A DNA stretch of 64,000 nt, taken from the NCBI GenBank assembly GCA_013239625.1, contig MU056262.1:9462134-9526133 (forward strand), given 5' to 3'. The DNA is from Lama guanicoe. Lineage: Eukaryota. Both the position numbers and the translations under genes were made by a program. The notes under the pieces are model-generated. The model worked only from the letters and a program-made list of their open reading frames with translations. It was not told the DNA's origin and did no database searches. Shown in pieces: positions 12,205 to 24,122 of this stretch; the stretch's first letter is position 1; every line of letters starts with the position of its first letter.

Positions 12205-15163
12205 CAGCCTTGAGCCTCACAGTTTTATTTTCTCATTATCCATCCTTCTTTTCAGCACCAGTAAAGGAAAAAAAAAAACACCTTTCCTTTCAAAATATGT
12301 GTAAAGATTGTTTTTCTTCTAGGGAAGAATTGTCTGGATATATATTTGATAATGTTTTTACCAAAATCTTAGGTGTGCTTACCATATAAAACCCCTAATG
12401 TCCCATGAGGATACCATACAGAAAAAAAATACAGAAATTAAAAAAGTGTTTTTTTTTCCTTTTTTAAAACAGTATTTCTAAATCTTAGCAAGTTAATACA
12501 ATAGTTAAAAAGCATCAAGATTAATATCCATACTTAAAACTCAAGGTGGTTTGGACAAATGAAATGACTGTTTTCTTCCAAAGCTGACCCTTGCCTCCTG
12601 GCTTCTCTGGAGGCTGGGCCTGGGGCAGGTGTGGGGCCTTGGTTGGGGATTTAGGTGACCCCGTATCTGTCCCTCCCAGGCCTCAGTGCCGCAGAGTCTG
12701 AGATCCTGGCAATGTGTCTTTTCTTTCTTTTTTTAAAAATTGAAATGGAAAAATCTGGCTTGTGCGCGACCCTGGGAGTCCACAGGCTTGATGGAACATG
12801 TGGCTGGGCAATGGTAGCCTCGGTGCTGAGACCGTGCCGGAGGGAGTGTCAGGGGAGTACGGCTGGGGGGAGCGCAGGCCAACTCTGCTCTGGACATCAG
12901 GCAGGCTGGGCAGAGGCAACCTTGTTAGGACAGGAAATGACTGAGGCACAGGAAGGTATGACTTGCCTAAGGCCACCCCATGAGTAGGGAGAGAAGCTTG
13001 TGCCCCTGTGCTTTGGCTCCCACCCAGCTGCCTTGGGAGGCAGGCGGCCCCTCTGAGGGATAGAAGTTGTGCTGGGGTTGCTCTGCTTCAGGAGCCCTGG
13101 CTCTGCCTCCACTGCTCTCCTGGATACACAGCTGACCCGCAGCCTGGGGCCTCAGCTTAGGCCCAGACATAGGCATGGTGCCTGCTCAGTTGAGCCCTAC
13201 CTGTGAACAGATTGCTAGCTGCTCTGGGGAGTGGGGGGACCTCTGACCCAGTGAAGCCTAGCCAAGGCCCCAAAGCCATGGCCTTGGAGTAGGGGTGCAG
13301 CAGAGAGGCCAGGGAGGCCTGCACCCTAAGCGATGAGCAGCCCCTCCTGACTCAAGTTGGGGTGAGGCTGGGTGCCTAGCCAGGAAAATGTGCCAAGCAG
13401 TGAAGCCCTCAGCCTAGCTGCTACTCTGGCCAGGGGGTTCAGACAAACCAGCGCTGTCACAGGTGTGTCTCAGGAGTGTCCTGCCCCAGCACAGGGCCTG
13501 GCCTCTGGCTGGCTGTTTGGCCCCCTCTTGGTCCCTCTTGCAGCTCAGTAGGTGACAAGGCACAGCATCAGGGCACCGGCACCAGGAGGCTCCTGGCAGC
13601 AGGGTCCTGATGCACCCCCAGCCTCAGGAAAAATTGGCTTTGAGCCAGGCGGGCACATTGGTCAAGGTGCTGTGAGGAGGGGAGACCAGTCGGGGTTGCA
13701 AAGAACAGCCCCTGGAATTGGTGGGGCCTTGTACCTGAAAACAGGCAAAACCCTCACTGCTTACTTTGGGGGGCATCCCCAGGTGTGTTAAAAAGGCAGG
13801 TGGGCAGAGGCAGTGCTGCCGTGGGATGGGGAGCTATGGGCTTCACCTGCAGGGTCTGCCACACCATCATGCCTAGGTGCCCGGGGCTGGCCCTGGTCAC
13901 ATGGTGGTAGAGTGGACATCTATGTGCCTGTATGCCAACCAGTACCATTCCCTGTCCAGGGCAAGCAGGGGCCGTTGGCCTTGCCACCCCTGGCCTGCAC
14001 ACTGGTGCGGGGACAGGCTGCCCTGCACCTTGGCTTCCAGCACCTTCATCCAGGGTCCCCAGGGTTGCTGTTGAGGATGGGCCTGGGAGGGCTCTCTGGG
14101 GAGAGCCACAGCCCCACCCAGAGGCAGGTGGAAGGTTCCTGAGCTCAGCCAAGCACGTGGATGGGGACAGTCCCAGGGAGGGATTGGTCCTGAACCAGAG
14201 AGGTGTCTATAGGGGAGGTGGATCAGGCAGAAAGAAGAGGATGTGTTGGTTTTGACAGAAGAGAAGCTACAAATACATCACTTTCAAAATCAGAAGCCCC
14301 CAACCCCCCTTAGTTCCCCTTCTTCCTGTAAAAAAGTGACGTTCTCTCCCTAGATTCCTGTCTTTGGCTCCATTGCCCACAATGGAGTCTTGGAGGGAGG
14401 CTCCTGGCTCTGCTGTGTTGGGGAAAGGGAGCCTGCCAAGAGCAGCGTTCTCCCTCGTGGCTTGCAGACCCTCTCAAGTGAAGGGTTGTTTTTGTTCTTA
14501 ACTTTTTCGTTTTTCTTTTTAAAATGTAATCGCCCTTGAATGCAAGACCCTGGGGAAGAGCCTGGGCTCGCTGGTAACTGGACACAGCCCTCATGGTCCC
14601 TGCTTGTGAGCTGTCCTATCTGGAGGCAGCAAGCCAGTGGCCCTGTGTCCAGGAATGAATGCTTCTTTGGCTGGTTCTGATTGTGTTTGGAGTTTGGCCT
14701 TGGGTGAGGCCTGAGCAAGGGGTCTGTGGCTGTGGCGTGGCATGTGGCATGCGGGCAGCGTGCATGCGAGGGTGCAGGCATGCGAGACAACATGGCAGCA
14801 GACAAAAGTAATGAACCCTGGACGAAGCTTGAGAAGAGATACAAAGAGTACAGAAACCCGGTTCTCATACTAACCCATGGGTTACAAACTAGGTTGTGCT
14901 GTAGATTTGTAGAAAATCACGTTTTGAAAGAATGGCACTGGTTGAGCAGCCTGGACTCCCTGGGCCGGCCTGACTCCTGTCCATGAGTGCCCAGAGGTGC
15001 CAGGCAGCGCTGGTTCCAGCTCACCCAGGACTGACCGTGGCTCTCCCGGGCCCCTGCCTGCCTCCCCCAGCACCAGCGGTGCTTGCTGGAGGGGACACAG
15101 CCAGGGAGGGACTGCAGTTCACAGGGCTGGCGGAGACCTCGCTGCTGTGATGACTTGGCCAGT
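12205..15163 (-). other. SMPD3: SMPD3 3'UTR (~2.95 kb; 3' end approximate)
   Basis: Runs from the stop codon to an AU-rich terminal block ending at AATAAA 12229-12224. Confidence 0.8.
12224..12229 (-). terminator. SMPD3: SMPD3 polyadenylation signal AATAAA
   Basis: tttatt on + at the end of an AU-rich block; GU-rich ggtgttct follows on the - strand. Confidence 0.82.
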
Positions 15164-15265
15164 CTATGCCTCCTCCTCCCCCGCAGACACCATCAGCCGC
15201 ATGGCCACCGGGAGGTGGTCAGTCAGGCCCGACAGCTGGGTGATGAAACTGAATTCTTCTACCTC
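15164..15265 (-). CDS. SMPD3: SMPD3 last coding exon, EVEEFSFITQLSGLTDHLPVAMRLMVSAGEEEA*
   Basis: tcacag|GAG acceptor; TDH catalytic His motif; TAG at 15166-15164; spliced CDS totals 1962 nt. Confidence 0.97.
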   Translation of the reverse strand, partial: EVEEFSFITQLSGLTDHLPVAMRLMVSAGEEEA

Positions 15266-15546
15266 CTGTGAGAGTGAGGAGCGGGAGAGGAAGAAACATC
15301 CCAATTAGACCCAAAGGGCATCCTGTAAAGGAGGGGTCTGGCAGGGGTTGGGGCCCTAGGCTGGGGCTGGCCTGGACCTCCTGAAGGTAGAGGGGTGGGA
15401 GGACCTCTGGGTCCCAAAGGCCTCCCGGACTGGCAGGTCCCATTTCAGAGGAGAGCTCAGTGCTGCTAAGGGGTGCAGGGCACAGGGTCCCTATCTGTGG
15501 GCAGGGCCTGGGTGCCCTGCCCAGCCCAGCCCAGCCCTAGACTCAC

Positions 15547-15709
15547 AGCCTTCCAGTCTGGGCACAGCCCCTCCTCTGCGTGCAGCATGTAGTCGATGCG
15601 CCTGCCGTTGCCTTTCAGCAGGTCCTTGCGTCCCTTCTGGCCTCCTCCAGGGCTCTTGCTGGTGGGGAAGGCGAGATACTCCCGGCGACCTTCCTCGCTC
15701 TCCAAAACC
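15547..15709 (-). CDS. SMPD3: SMPD3 coding exon, VLESEEGRREYLAFPTSKSPGGGQKGRKDLLKGNGRRIDYMLHAEEGLCPDWKA
   Basis: gagcag|G acceptor, GCT|gtgagt donor; 163 nt; RIDY motif. Confidence 0.97.
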
Positions 15710-17572
15710 CTGCTCACACAGACAGAAGGCACAAGAAGGGAAGGTGAGCCCCACCCCCAGCCCTGACACCAGGTCCTGAGTGTGGAACCAGGTTCTCGCC
15801 CCCAAGAAAGACCAAAACCCTGTGTTTGAGATCTACCTTCCCCATGAGCCCAAAAAGGAATTGGGATGGAGGGAGACGGAGTCTGAGCCTGCGAGTTCCA
15901 GACTGAATTGAGCCACTCCAGGACAGCCTCATGTCCACCTTGGAAAGCCAGCACTCGCCTTCCCTTTCTGAACTAGGATGTTGGCACCACCCATAGCCTG
16001 TGACCAAGTTGGGGACAGAGTTTTCATCTCGTCTCCAGGATGGGGTTCTGCTCTGAGCTAATAGGGACCTGTTTTGGGGAACTTGGTCTTTACAGTGAAC
16101 CTCAGGGACCTTTCTCTTCTGGAAGTCCCCAAACGGCCCCCTACCCCCTTACTCATGACTCCTGTTTCAAGTAGCAGTGGGGCAGGGTAGCCAGAAGAGC
16201 ACCCAGGCCCCATCCCAGGGCTGGACTCCTATGTCGTTCTGTCCCTGAGTGGCTGTGCCATCAAACCTGAGCCACCATTTCCTCTTCTAACACAAGAACA
16301 ACTGCTGTGGCCCTAGGACGCTTCAGGGACCAGGTGTGCCAAGAAAGGAACAAGGTGGGATGCAGCTGTCGTTTCTCAGAGGAAGGTAACTGCTATTAGT
16401 GCTTAAATGCTGGTCAGGTTTCTTTCTATAGGGAGGGCAGGGCACTCAGGTGGAGCATTACACCCTGAATCTGGGTCTTCTGTCTCCTTGTCTGCCATCT
16501 GCTTCTTGTCAGGTTTCCTCCAGAGCCGGGACACCAGTGGGGAGGAGCCTTCAAGTGACCCCCCATCATGGAGGACTGGTTCAGGCCAGTGCCAAGAGTG
16601 AGAGGCACAGCCCCTGAGAGACACTGCACAGGCCCGCCCAGCCACCTAACGCCTGGACAAATGGACAGGGCACCTGGACAGGCACGGCCAGCAAATGTGG
16701 ATTTCTACGAGGTCTTTATCAGCCTTGAGATAAATAACACTAATGACATGCAGAACATGGTTACATAGCAGAAATGTAATCCATTACTGTCCTTTGCCTT
16801 TGATAATTAATTACAGCATCAGTGATCTAAGAGCTACTGATAGTCATTTTTAAATCATCATCTCATAAAAAGGTAATTTTCTTGGCGTAGAATGATGTTT
16901 CAAATTTAGTCTGTAATCTAATTAATTGGCTCAAATTAGCTACAAGGAGCCATTGCCGTGACTCTGTGCAGTTTCGGGCTGTGAATTATAAATTGGCTCT
17001 GCTGCTGGCCTCTCAAATGTGTCCTTTATGGAAGTCTTGTTGGGTTCAAGAATGCAGTTTGACTGGAATAGAACTGTCTCTATTTTGAAAATGACTAGCT
17101 CGTGTTAGCTCTGTTCCTGTTTTTATTTGCCTAGTTGGTAACTACCGCAGACGGCATCCCGAGGGCTCTTCAACAGGGGTCTGCACAGTACTTGGTCTCA
17201 CCCTGGGAGATTCTGGTCCTTTTTTCTGTGCCCAAGGCAGGCTGGGTCTTGGGGCAGGACAAGCTCTTGTAGAGTGGGCCAGGCCTCTGGGTGCTGGTAT
17301 AGGAAATGCCACCTCGAGACCCCAGGCCTACTCAGGTTTCTCCTTGGTAAGGATACTTCTGGGGTGTGAGGTCCACCACGGCCTTTGCCCCCCCTCAGCT
17401 TGCATCCCTGAAGCTCTCATAGTCGTCCTTCCATGGAGCTGTGTGCTCTCATCTGACCACAGAGCCCATCTCTCCGCACTTGAGTCCGGGCTCAGTGCTC
17501 CTCCCAGACCTAGGAGCCGCCTGGATCTGCCTACCCAACCTGATCACAGCAGCATGAGTGCTAGACACTTAC

Positions 17573-17636
17573 TTTTGCAGATTGTCAGGGGTGCAAACTT
17601 CCTCATCATAGAGACCGTCCTTGTCCAACAGGGTAC
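17573..17636 (-). CDS. SMPD3: SMPD3 coding exon, (G)TLLDKDGLYDEEVCTPDNLQ(K)
   Basis: ccccag|GT acceptor, AA|gtaagt donor; 64 nt. Confidence 0.96.
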
Positions 17637-17925
17637 CTGGGGATAAGGGGATGAGAGTGGTCACTGTGGGCAGGGCCCAGCCAGCCTTGAGGAGAACCGC
17701 CTCTCTGGGGCAGGAAGGGTAGGCGAGAGTTTCTGCTGACCTGGTGGCTAAGTGCCCCCCAACCACTGCCCCCAGTAGTAGGGATTTAGGGACAGGTCCT
17801 AGAGGTCTCTCCGGTCTCTCCGGGAAGACTGTGCGGAGTCAGGCCTCAGCACAGTGGGTTCAGGCCTCAGCAGTCCCTTTGCCTTCCTGCCCCAGCCCCT
17901 GGCCCCAGCCCCAGCTCCAGCTCAC

Positions 17926-18015
17926 CAATTGCCCACGGCTTCTCCTCCCCAGGTCCCAGGCGGCAGGGGTCCTTGTAGCGTGTAAACAGGGAGTGCTGCT
18001 GCTCCAGCTTGTCAT
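17926..18015 (-). CDS. SMPD3: SMPD3 coding exon, (D)DKLEQQHSLFTRYKDPCRLGPGEEKPWAI(G)
   Basis: gcacag|AT acceptor, G|gtgagc donor; 90 nt. Confidence 0.97.
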
Positions 18016-18807
18016 CTGTGCAGGGAGGGAGGGAGGGAAGGGATGCTATGGGCCTCTGGGTATCTGGCCTGTCCTAGAGGGCCGCCTGCCTCTGGTTCCA
18101 GTCATTTACTCTGAGCCACCAGGTCCCTATCACTCAGTAACTGCCTCTGGGTAGGGTCTGTGGCTCATCTATCACTGGTTTTCTGTATCTTTGAAAATCC
18201 CACCCTCCTGCCCCCCACCACACACATGCTAGTGTTCAGCTTTCCTTCTGTCTGAGGACAGTGGTCACTGTCCCACTTTGGCTTCGGGGGACAGTGATCT
18301 TGAGGCCTTCCCAGATTCTGTGGCAAATCCTGGGGCCCTGGCTGATGCTGCCACAGCCAGGATTCCTGCCCTTCACTGTCCTGGGTGCCCGGGCTGAGTG
18401 AGGAATGACCCTATAGGACTCAGAGAGGAAGGTGATCTGTCCTAACAGGTCAGAATTAAAATTAGAATAGGCCTGGTACAAAGTAAGAGCTAAATGAAGT
18501 CTTGGGGAATATCATAGCTGACTCGCCCTTAATCTGGGTTTCAGAGGCTCCCAGCCTTTCATGCCAGAGGTTCATCTTTAGGGTCTTTGTCTCCAGCAAA
18601 GTGACCTCTGAGCTTTCTGTGCAGAGCATGGGCTCTTCTCATTCGGGGGTTTCTCGGGGACAGAGAAAACATGGTCTTGCTAACCATCTCATCCCCATGC
18701 TCCTGAGGAGTAGGAAGTTCTTCCAGCTGCCTAACAGTCTTTCCAGCTGTGATTGGAACCCATGCTTCCTACAGTGGCCAACCTGAATGAGGAGGAGCAT
18801 GCCTCAC

Positions 18808-18963
18808 CGGAGGAGCAGTTGTCAAAGTTAAAATCTCCGCAGATGACGTCAAACGCCACCAGCTCTTCGGGGTTGGCTGCGCTGGACGAGGAGGTAGATT
18901 TTCGGAAATCAGCCAGCCAGTCCTGAAGCAGGTCCAGCTGCTCACACCGGATGGCACTGTCCT
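18808..18963 (-). CDS. SMPD3: SMPD3 coding exon, (E)DSAIRCEQLDLLQDWLADFRKSTSSSSAANPEELVAFDVICGDFNFDNCSS(D)
   Basis: cccacag|AG acceptor, G|gtgagg donor; 156 nt; GDFN catalytic motif. Confidence 0.97.
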
Positions 18964-19078
18964 CTGTGGGGCAGAACCACAGAGAGATGATGAAGCGGCA
19001 GCCAGACCCCAGCCAGGCTGATCCCAGCCCTCTGGGGGGACATTCCCCACCCGCTGAAGCTTGGCCGCTGGACCCTAC

Positions 19079-19154
19079 CTGGCAGGGCATGCAGGTGTGT
19101 ACAGGAGATGTACCCGACAATTCTTTGGTCCTGAGGTGTGCTTCCCACCTGCAC
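19079..19154 (-). CDS. SMPD3: SMPD3 coding exon, VQVGSTPQDQRIVGYISCTHLHALP(E)
   Basis: cacag|GTG acceptor, G|gtaggg donor; 76 nt; THLHA motif of the EEP/DNase-I-like fold. Confidence 0.97.
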
Positions 19155-22100
19155 CTGTGAGGGAGGAGGTGAGGGTTTGGTAACGAGAACTGTGAGTCAT
19201 CATTGCTCAGGGGGACACTGGTGACTCCTGTCCCCCAGCCAGGTCAGACCCTCATTAGCCCAGCTCTGTCAGCTCCTGACTAGACTTGGGCTCAAGGAGG
19301 AACAGCACATGTCCTGCTTCCAGGAGCTTCTGGTCCAATGTGAGAGGCAGATGCATGAAGAAATGGTGAGTGGCACCGACAATTCATGCAGGGCTTTACA
19401 GGAGATATGCAGAAATCACTGAAGATTTCTTCCCCAAGTTCCTGCTGTCTCCTGGTGACCAGAATGTCCAGAGGGATGACTCTCAAGTGCCAGCCCCTTG
19501 ATTCCTTGTCCACTCCTGTCTGGTGGCTCTTTCTTCCTCCCCTTGGTGATACCCTGAACCTGATCACACCCTGGAGCCCATTCCTCAGATGTCTAGATTG
19601 AACTCTCCTCTGGGGTGCAGCCCAGCCACAAAGCCCGCCACCCTCCGTCCACTCTGAGAGGCCTTACACCTTGCCCTCTGCTCGCTCTCTTCCCAGTCTC
19701 TAACCCTCTGGCTTCATGAGTGGTCATTTTTCTGCTCTTTGGCTGTGGTCCCCAGTAGTCCCCAGATCTGGGATGACAGCTCTGGCTGTTGTCTCCATGG
19801 CATTTGTGTCATGGGCTGACCCCAGGCACCCCACAGCCTCCATTCCAAGCCCAGCCCTCCTTCCTCCACAGCAGCCTCTTCACGCCTTCATGTTCCACTC
19901 TACCTAGACTTGGTCCTTGCCTTTTGCTCACTTCCTTCACTGGAGAGAGTCCCTGGTAGGTGGAGTAGGGCCAGGGTCTCCTTCCTGCATCCCTGCCCAA
20001 CCGCAGGTGACCCTGGCAGGCTGTCTCCATAGATTGGTGTAATAAAACTAGCATCTCCATTGTATATCACAGACAGCTTGGCCCCCAACAGTGAGCCTGG
20101 TATAAGCCTGGGTCCTTGTCAGGCTGTGGCTGGGGAGGTGAGGGATGGCTGCCCAGCCTGCCGGCTCTACCAGGCCCTTTGGTCACAAACATGCTGGAGG
20201 CTATGACGTGAGAATCCCTCTCAGCATGCTTCCCAAACCATCCTTGGCTGCCTTTCCCAGAGGCCGCTGGTTGGCTCCTTACCCTCTTTTCTCTGGGCTG
20301 TCCTCCCATCTGAACTTCAGCTTTCTTCCCCAAACTTGGCTAATCTGTTCCAGACTGAGTTTTCTATGATGATCTGTTCCAGGCCCTGGACCCTGGGGAG
20401 TCTCCAGGGAGGAAGACCGTAGAGGCCAGTTCTTGGCTGAGGGGCAAGGTGCAGGGTGGGTGTACCTGGCATCTGCTGAGCACAGCTCTACACGGCCTCC
20501 AGCTAAGAGTGGCTTGGACTCATTGCAGTCTTCTGCTCTGAGAGCCTCGGGAGGCTTCCATCCTCTTTACTGCCAAAGTCAGGTTAGCATTATTCTCCAC
20601 AGGGACTTTTGCATCATCAAACACCCTTAGCTTTCTACAATTCTTCATCCCTTTTCCAAGCCTGGATCAGTGCACATCTTTCCTTTCCGGTGTCCAGGGA
20701 GGATGGATGATTGTTTACTTGATAATGGGCCTGGATTTGGGGCTGTTTATAAACTCACATGTTTACCATTAACTCCTTGCCATATTCTAGACCCAGACCT
20801 CAGCCCAATGGTACCCCCCTGCTCCCTACTGCCAGTGCCTCAGAAATCACACACCATTTGTTTCCCCTGTTTCAAAAACACAGTGTCCTCCAAGGCCACA
20901 CGATGGCGCTTCTCAACCCCCTCCCCCCGCATTCCTTAGGCCAGGAGTCTGTTACTCATTATTAACCTTTACACCGTGAGCACCCTTGCTTAGTGCCTTA
21001 TGGACATGGCCTTACTAGAGCCCTACAACAGCTATGAGGATTATACTAAAATTACACTGTAATTGTCCTGGGGTCATGAGGCTCCACTGAGGCCAGCTCA
21101 CATCTGATGCTCAAATCTGATGTTGCGGCCCATGCCCAGCTCCACCCCCTGCTCTACGCTGCTTTCTGAGCTTTAGTGACTGAGCCAGGGTTTTCAGCAG
21201 CCACCCATTTGATGCTCTTAGTGCGTCAGCCCCTCACTCAGCTCTTCATGTCACCTGCCTGGGCTGAGTCCTGGGCAGAGACGGGACAAGTGCAGAGGCA
21301 CCACTCAGCTCTGTTGCTGAGGATAACCTGCTGGGAGGATAGACATGCAGAATGAGATATCTCAAGCCCCCACCCCCTTCCTCGCTCTCAATCAGCCCTG
21401 TGAGCTCGCCAAGATCCACTTTATTATGTGTGGGGACTTATTGATTCCTGGCTTGAGTCCTCGGGAGCCGCAAAAGCTCATGTTTCTCTTACAAAAACAA
21501 ACAATCACTCTGAGAGTTTGTGCCTTTAGTCCTGGTGGGCAAAGACTGTCAACAAAGAAGGGCTCAGAATCAGGCTCTCGTAAGTGAGGGAGAAGCTGTT
21601 CCAGCCTGCTTTTCTCAGGCTATCTAGGTAGCAGGGAAGCACACTTTCCTCTAGGACAGGAAGTGATGGGAAATGTCTCAGAGTAAATGGGAAGGCAGGG
21701 CTGGACAGGGAGCCCTGAGTGAAGGGAGTGAGGCTTCTGCACAGCCAAGTCAGCACCTTTCCAGCCCCTGGCTGTCCTGGAGCTAGCATGGCTCCTGAAA
21801 CCTCATTTACTTCATTCCTCCATGCAGAGAAACAGGCACACTCTCGCCAACATAGATGAGCTAGGTCTGCTGTGCTGGGCACAACGGCTTCGCTCTTTGT
21901 TCTGTCTGATGGGAGAGGCAAGCAGCAAGACACCTGGGGGAAAGAGCTTAGGAATCCACAAAGGAACACTGCTGTGCCGGATGCCACAGAGGAGAGCTCC
22001 ACCGAGGTTGGGCAGCCAGTCTGGGGCAGGACCAGGACCAGGACCAGCGTGTGCCTGGAGCAGAGCCCGGGGACATAGGAGGGGCCCAGGTGAAGGCTGG

Positions 22101-23869
22101 GCTTCTCCCCCAGGCAGCAGGAAGGGGTAACAGGAGTCAGACCTGGGACAAGAGGAGGATGGATTTGAAGTAGGAGGACACCCCGAAACACACATGGGTG
22201 AATGCAGAGGAATGGTGGCTGGGGCCATTACAGTGTAGCTGGAGATTGGTGGGGGGCAGAGGTATCTGCAAAGTGAAACTGGGACCCTGGGTGAGCACAG
22301 AGAACCCTCAGCAAGTGTGTAAATGGAGGCCGTGGAGTCACTTTCCTGGGGAAGGTGCTTGGGGCCGGCTGGCTGAAATAACCACTCAGAAGTGAAGAGG
22401 GCTGGCCAAGTTTGGTCGCCCTGCTGTGAGGGCTGCCAACCCCCAGCTCAGGTTGAGATCTGGGCAGAATGCAGCAGGCCTGGTGTTGCCAGATCTGCCA
22501 AGGTGGGGAGAGAAGTTGCAGATTGGGTTTTATGTGAAATAGCTTGATTTTTAAGTGTTGGCCAACAAGAAAATTTTTTAATGGTATGGACCACATTCAG
22601 CATACCTGCAGACTACTTTTAGATCCAGGAGGTAGAGGGAGCATTAGCATTTAAAGGATGGGCAGGCGACAAAGATCTGGAAGGAATGGGCAGAGAGGTG
22701 GGGGTTGGGAAGAAAGCCCACAGCAGAGAGGCTGTCCCAGGGAGACTTGTGATCCTGGTGGGCATGGTGGTCAGGGTGTGCTGGATCAGGGACAAAGATG
22801 AGGAGAGGGCATGTGGGCTGCAGGTGGGGTTGCAGGGGACCCTGGCCTCTGAGCCATCTGTAGTAGTAGTAGGGTGGAAGAAGGTTCGTTTCCCTTCACT
22901 GCCCCAAATCTGACACCATGTCCCCTCCTTCCCTAGAAAGTCACTCTGGCTGCTGAGACAAAAATACATCTGTGGAATAGAACGCTGATGGACCACTTGC
23001 CAAAATGGGGAGGTTGCTCGCCTATAAGAGGAATGCCTTCAATTTCAGCAACTCAGACTGTGAGTGGAGAGCTGGGGACCCCAGTTCTCTGTCTGCTAAG
23101 CCACACAAGAGGAAGTGGGGGTCTGGGCACTGGGGTGCGGCCCTTGCTCCAACGGCTCTGTGCAGACGATCAGCCCATTACCTCACTTCTGACAGGAGCT
23201 TGGCTGACAAGCGGCACTTCTGAACAGGCCAAGCACGGTCAGAGTTGAGGCCTGGAGATGAGAACCTCACCACGCTGGGCTTCCAGATTAGACACAGCAA
23301 CATCCCTCTCCATTCACGGACCCCCCCTTCTGGGGAGAACTGAGAAGTCTTGAGGGGAATATGGAGAGAACCCACACCCACAGCAGCTGCTGCCTCTGAG
23401 TGCAGAAAGCCTGTTCTGTAGCAGCTGGCCAAACGATGTTTCAGAAAACTCTGGAAGCACCAAGAGCAGTTTTTGGATAAGGACCAGAAAGTCAACACGC
23501 TGAGCATGTCAGCCGCAGTAGAGGATAATGTGTAATGACCAAATTACCATGGTCTAAAAACTCTTCCAATTGCATCCAAATTAGCAGAAATAATTATGAT
23601 TCACTTTAATTAGTGACTATGGAAGTGAAGCCTCGGGCTCGTGGGCAGAGTGCCTGGTGTGGCAGCCGCATGACAGCCAAGAGGGAAAGGGCGTCCTGGC
23701 CATGGAGACTGGTGGCCCAAGGGAGTGGCCTGAGAGCCCAACCTGCAACCATCTGTCTGCAGCAGTACAGACAGCCTCCTCATTCTTCACCGCCTGCCAT
23801 CTTTACCGCTAGCACCATGAGAACCTTCTAGGCCTCGCCGCTCACAGGCCACTCCCCACCATGTGAGGA

Positions 23870-23950
23870 GACTCAGTGTTACCCCACTTTACAGATGGGG
23901 AAAGGGTGGCTCAGAGATTGGAGGAACTTGCCCAAGGTCACCCAGCCTGG
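23870..23950 (-). mobile_element. MIR fragment
   Basis: cccactttacagatggggaa...ggctcagaga...aacttgcccaaggtcac core. Confidence 0.65.
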
Positions 23951-24122
23951 AGCCTCAGTTCTTGTCCCTGTGTTCCTATTTTCCTTGTCCCCGAGCTGGG
24001 GGCCCTCCAGTTCCCATGAAAAGCCTTGTCTGCCCACTGTCCTCCAAGAGAGTGAGGACCCCCTGACAGGGGCCTGCTTCCACCCACCACTGCTCTAGGA
24101 CTGGCTGACTGAGGCCTCCTAC

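Noticed and set aside
23976-24122. C-terminal 48 aa of the 485-aa ORF (VGGLSQPV...GQGK)
   Set aside because: Read-through past the AAG|gtagga donor into intron; the true SMPD3 frame continues at 19154
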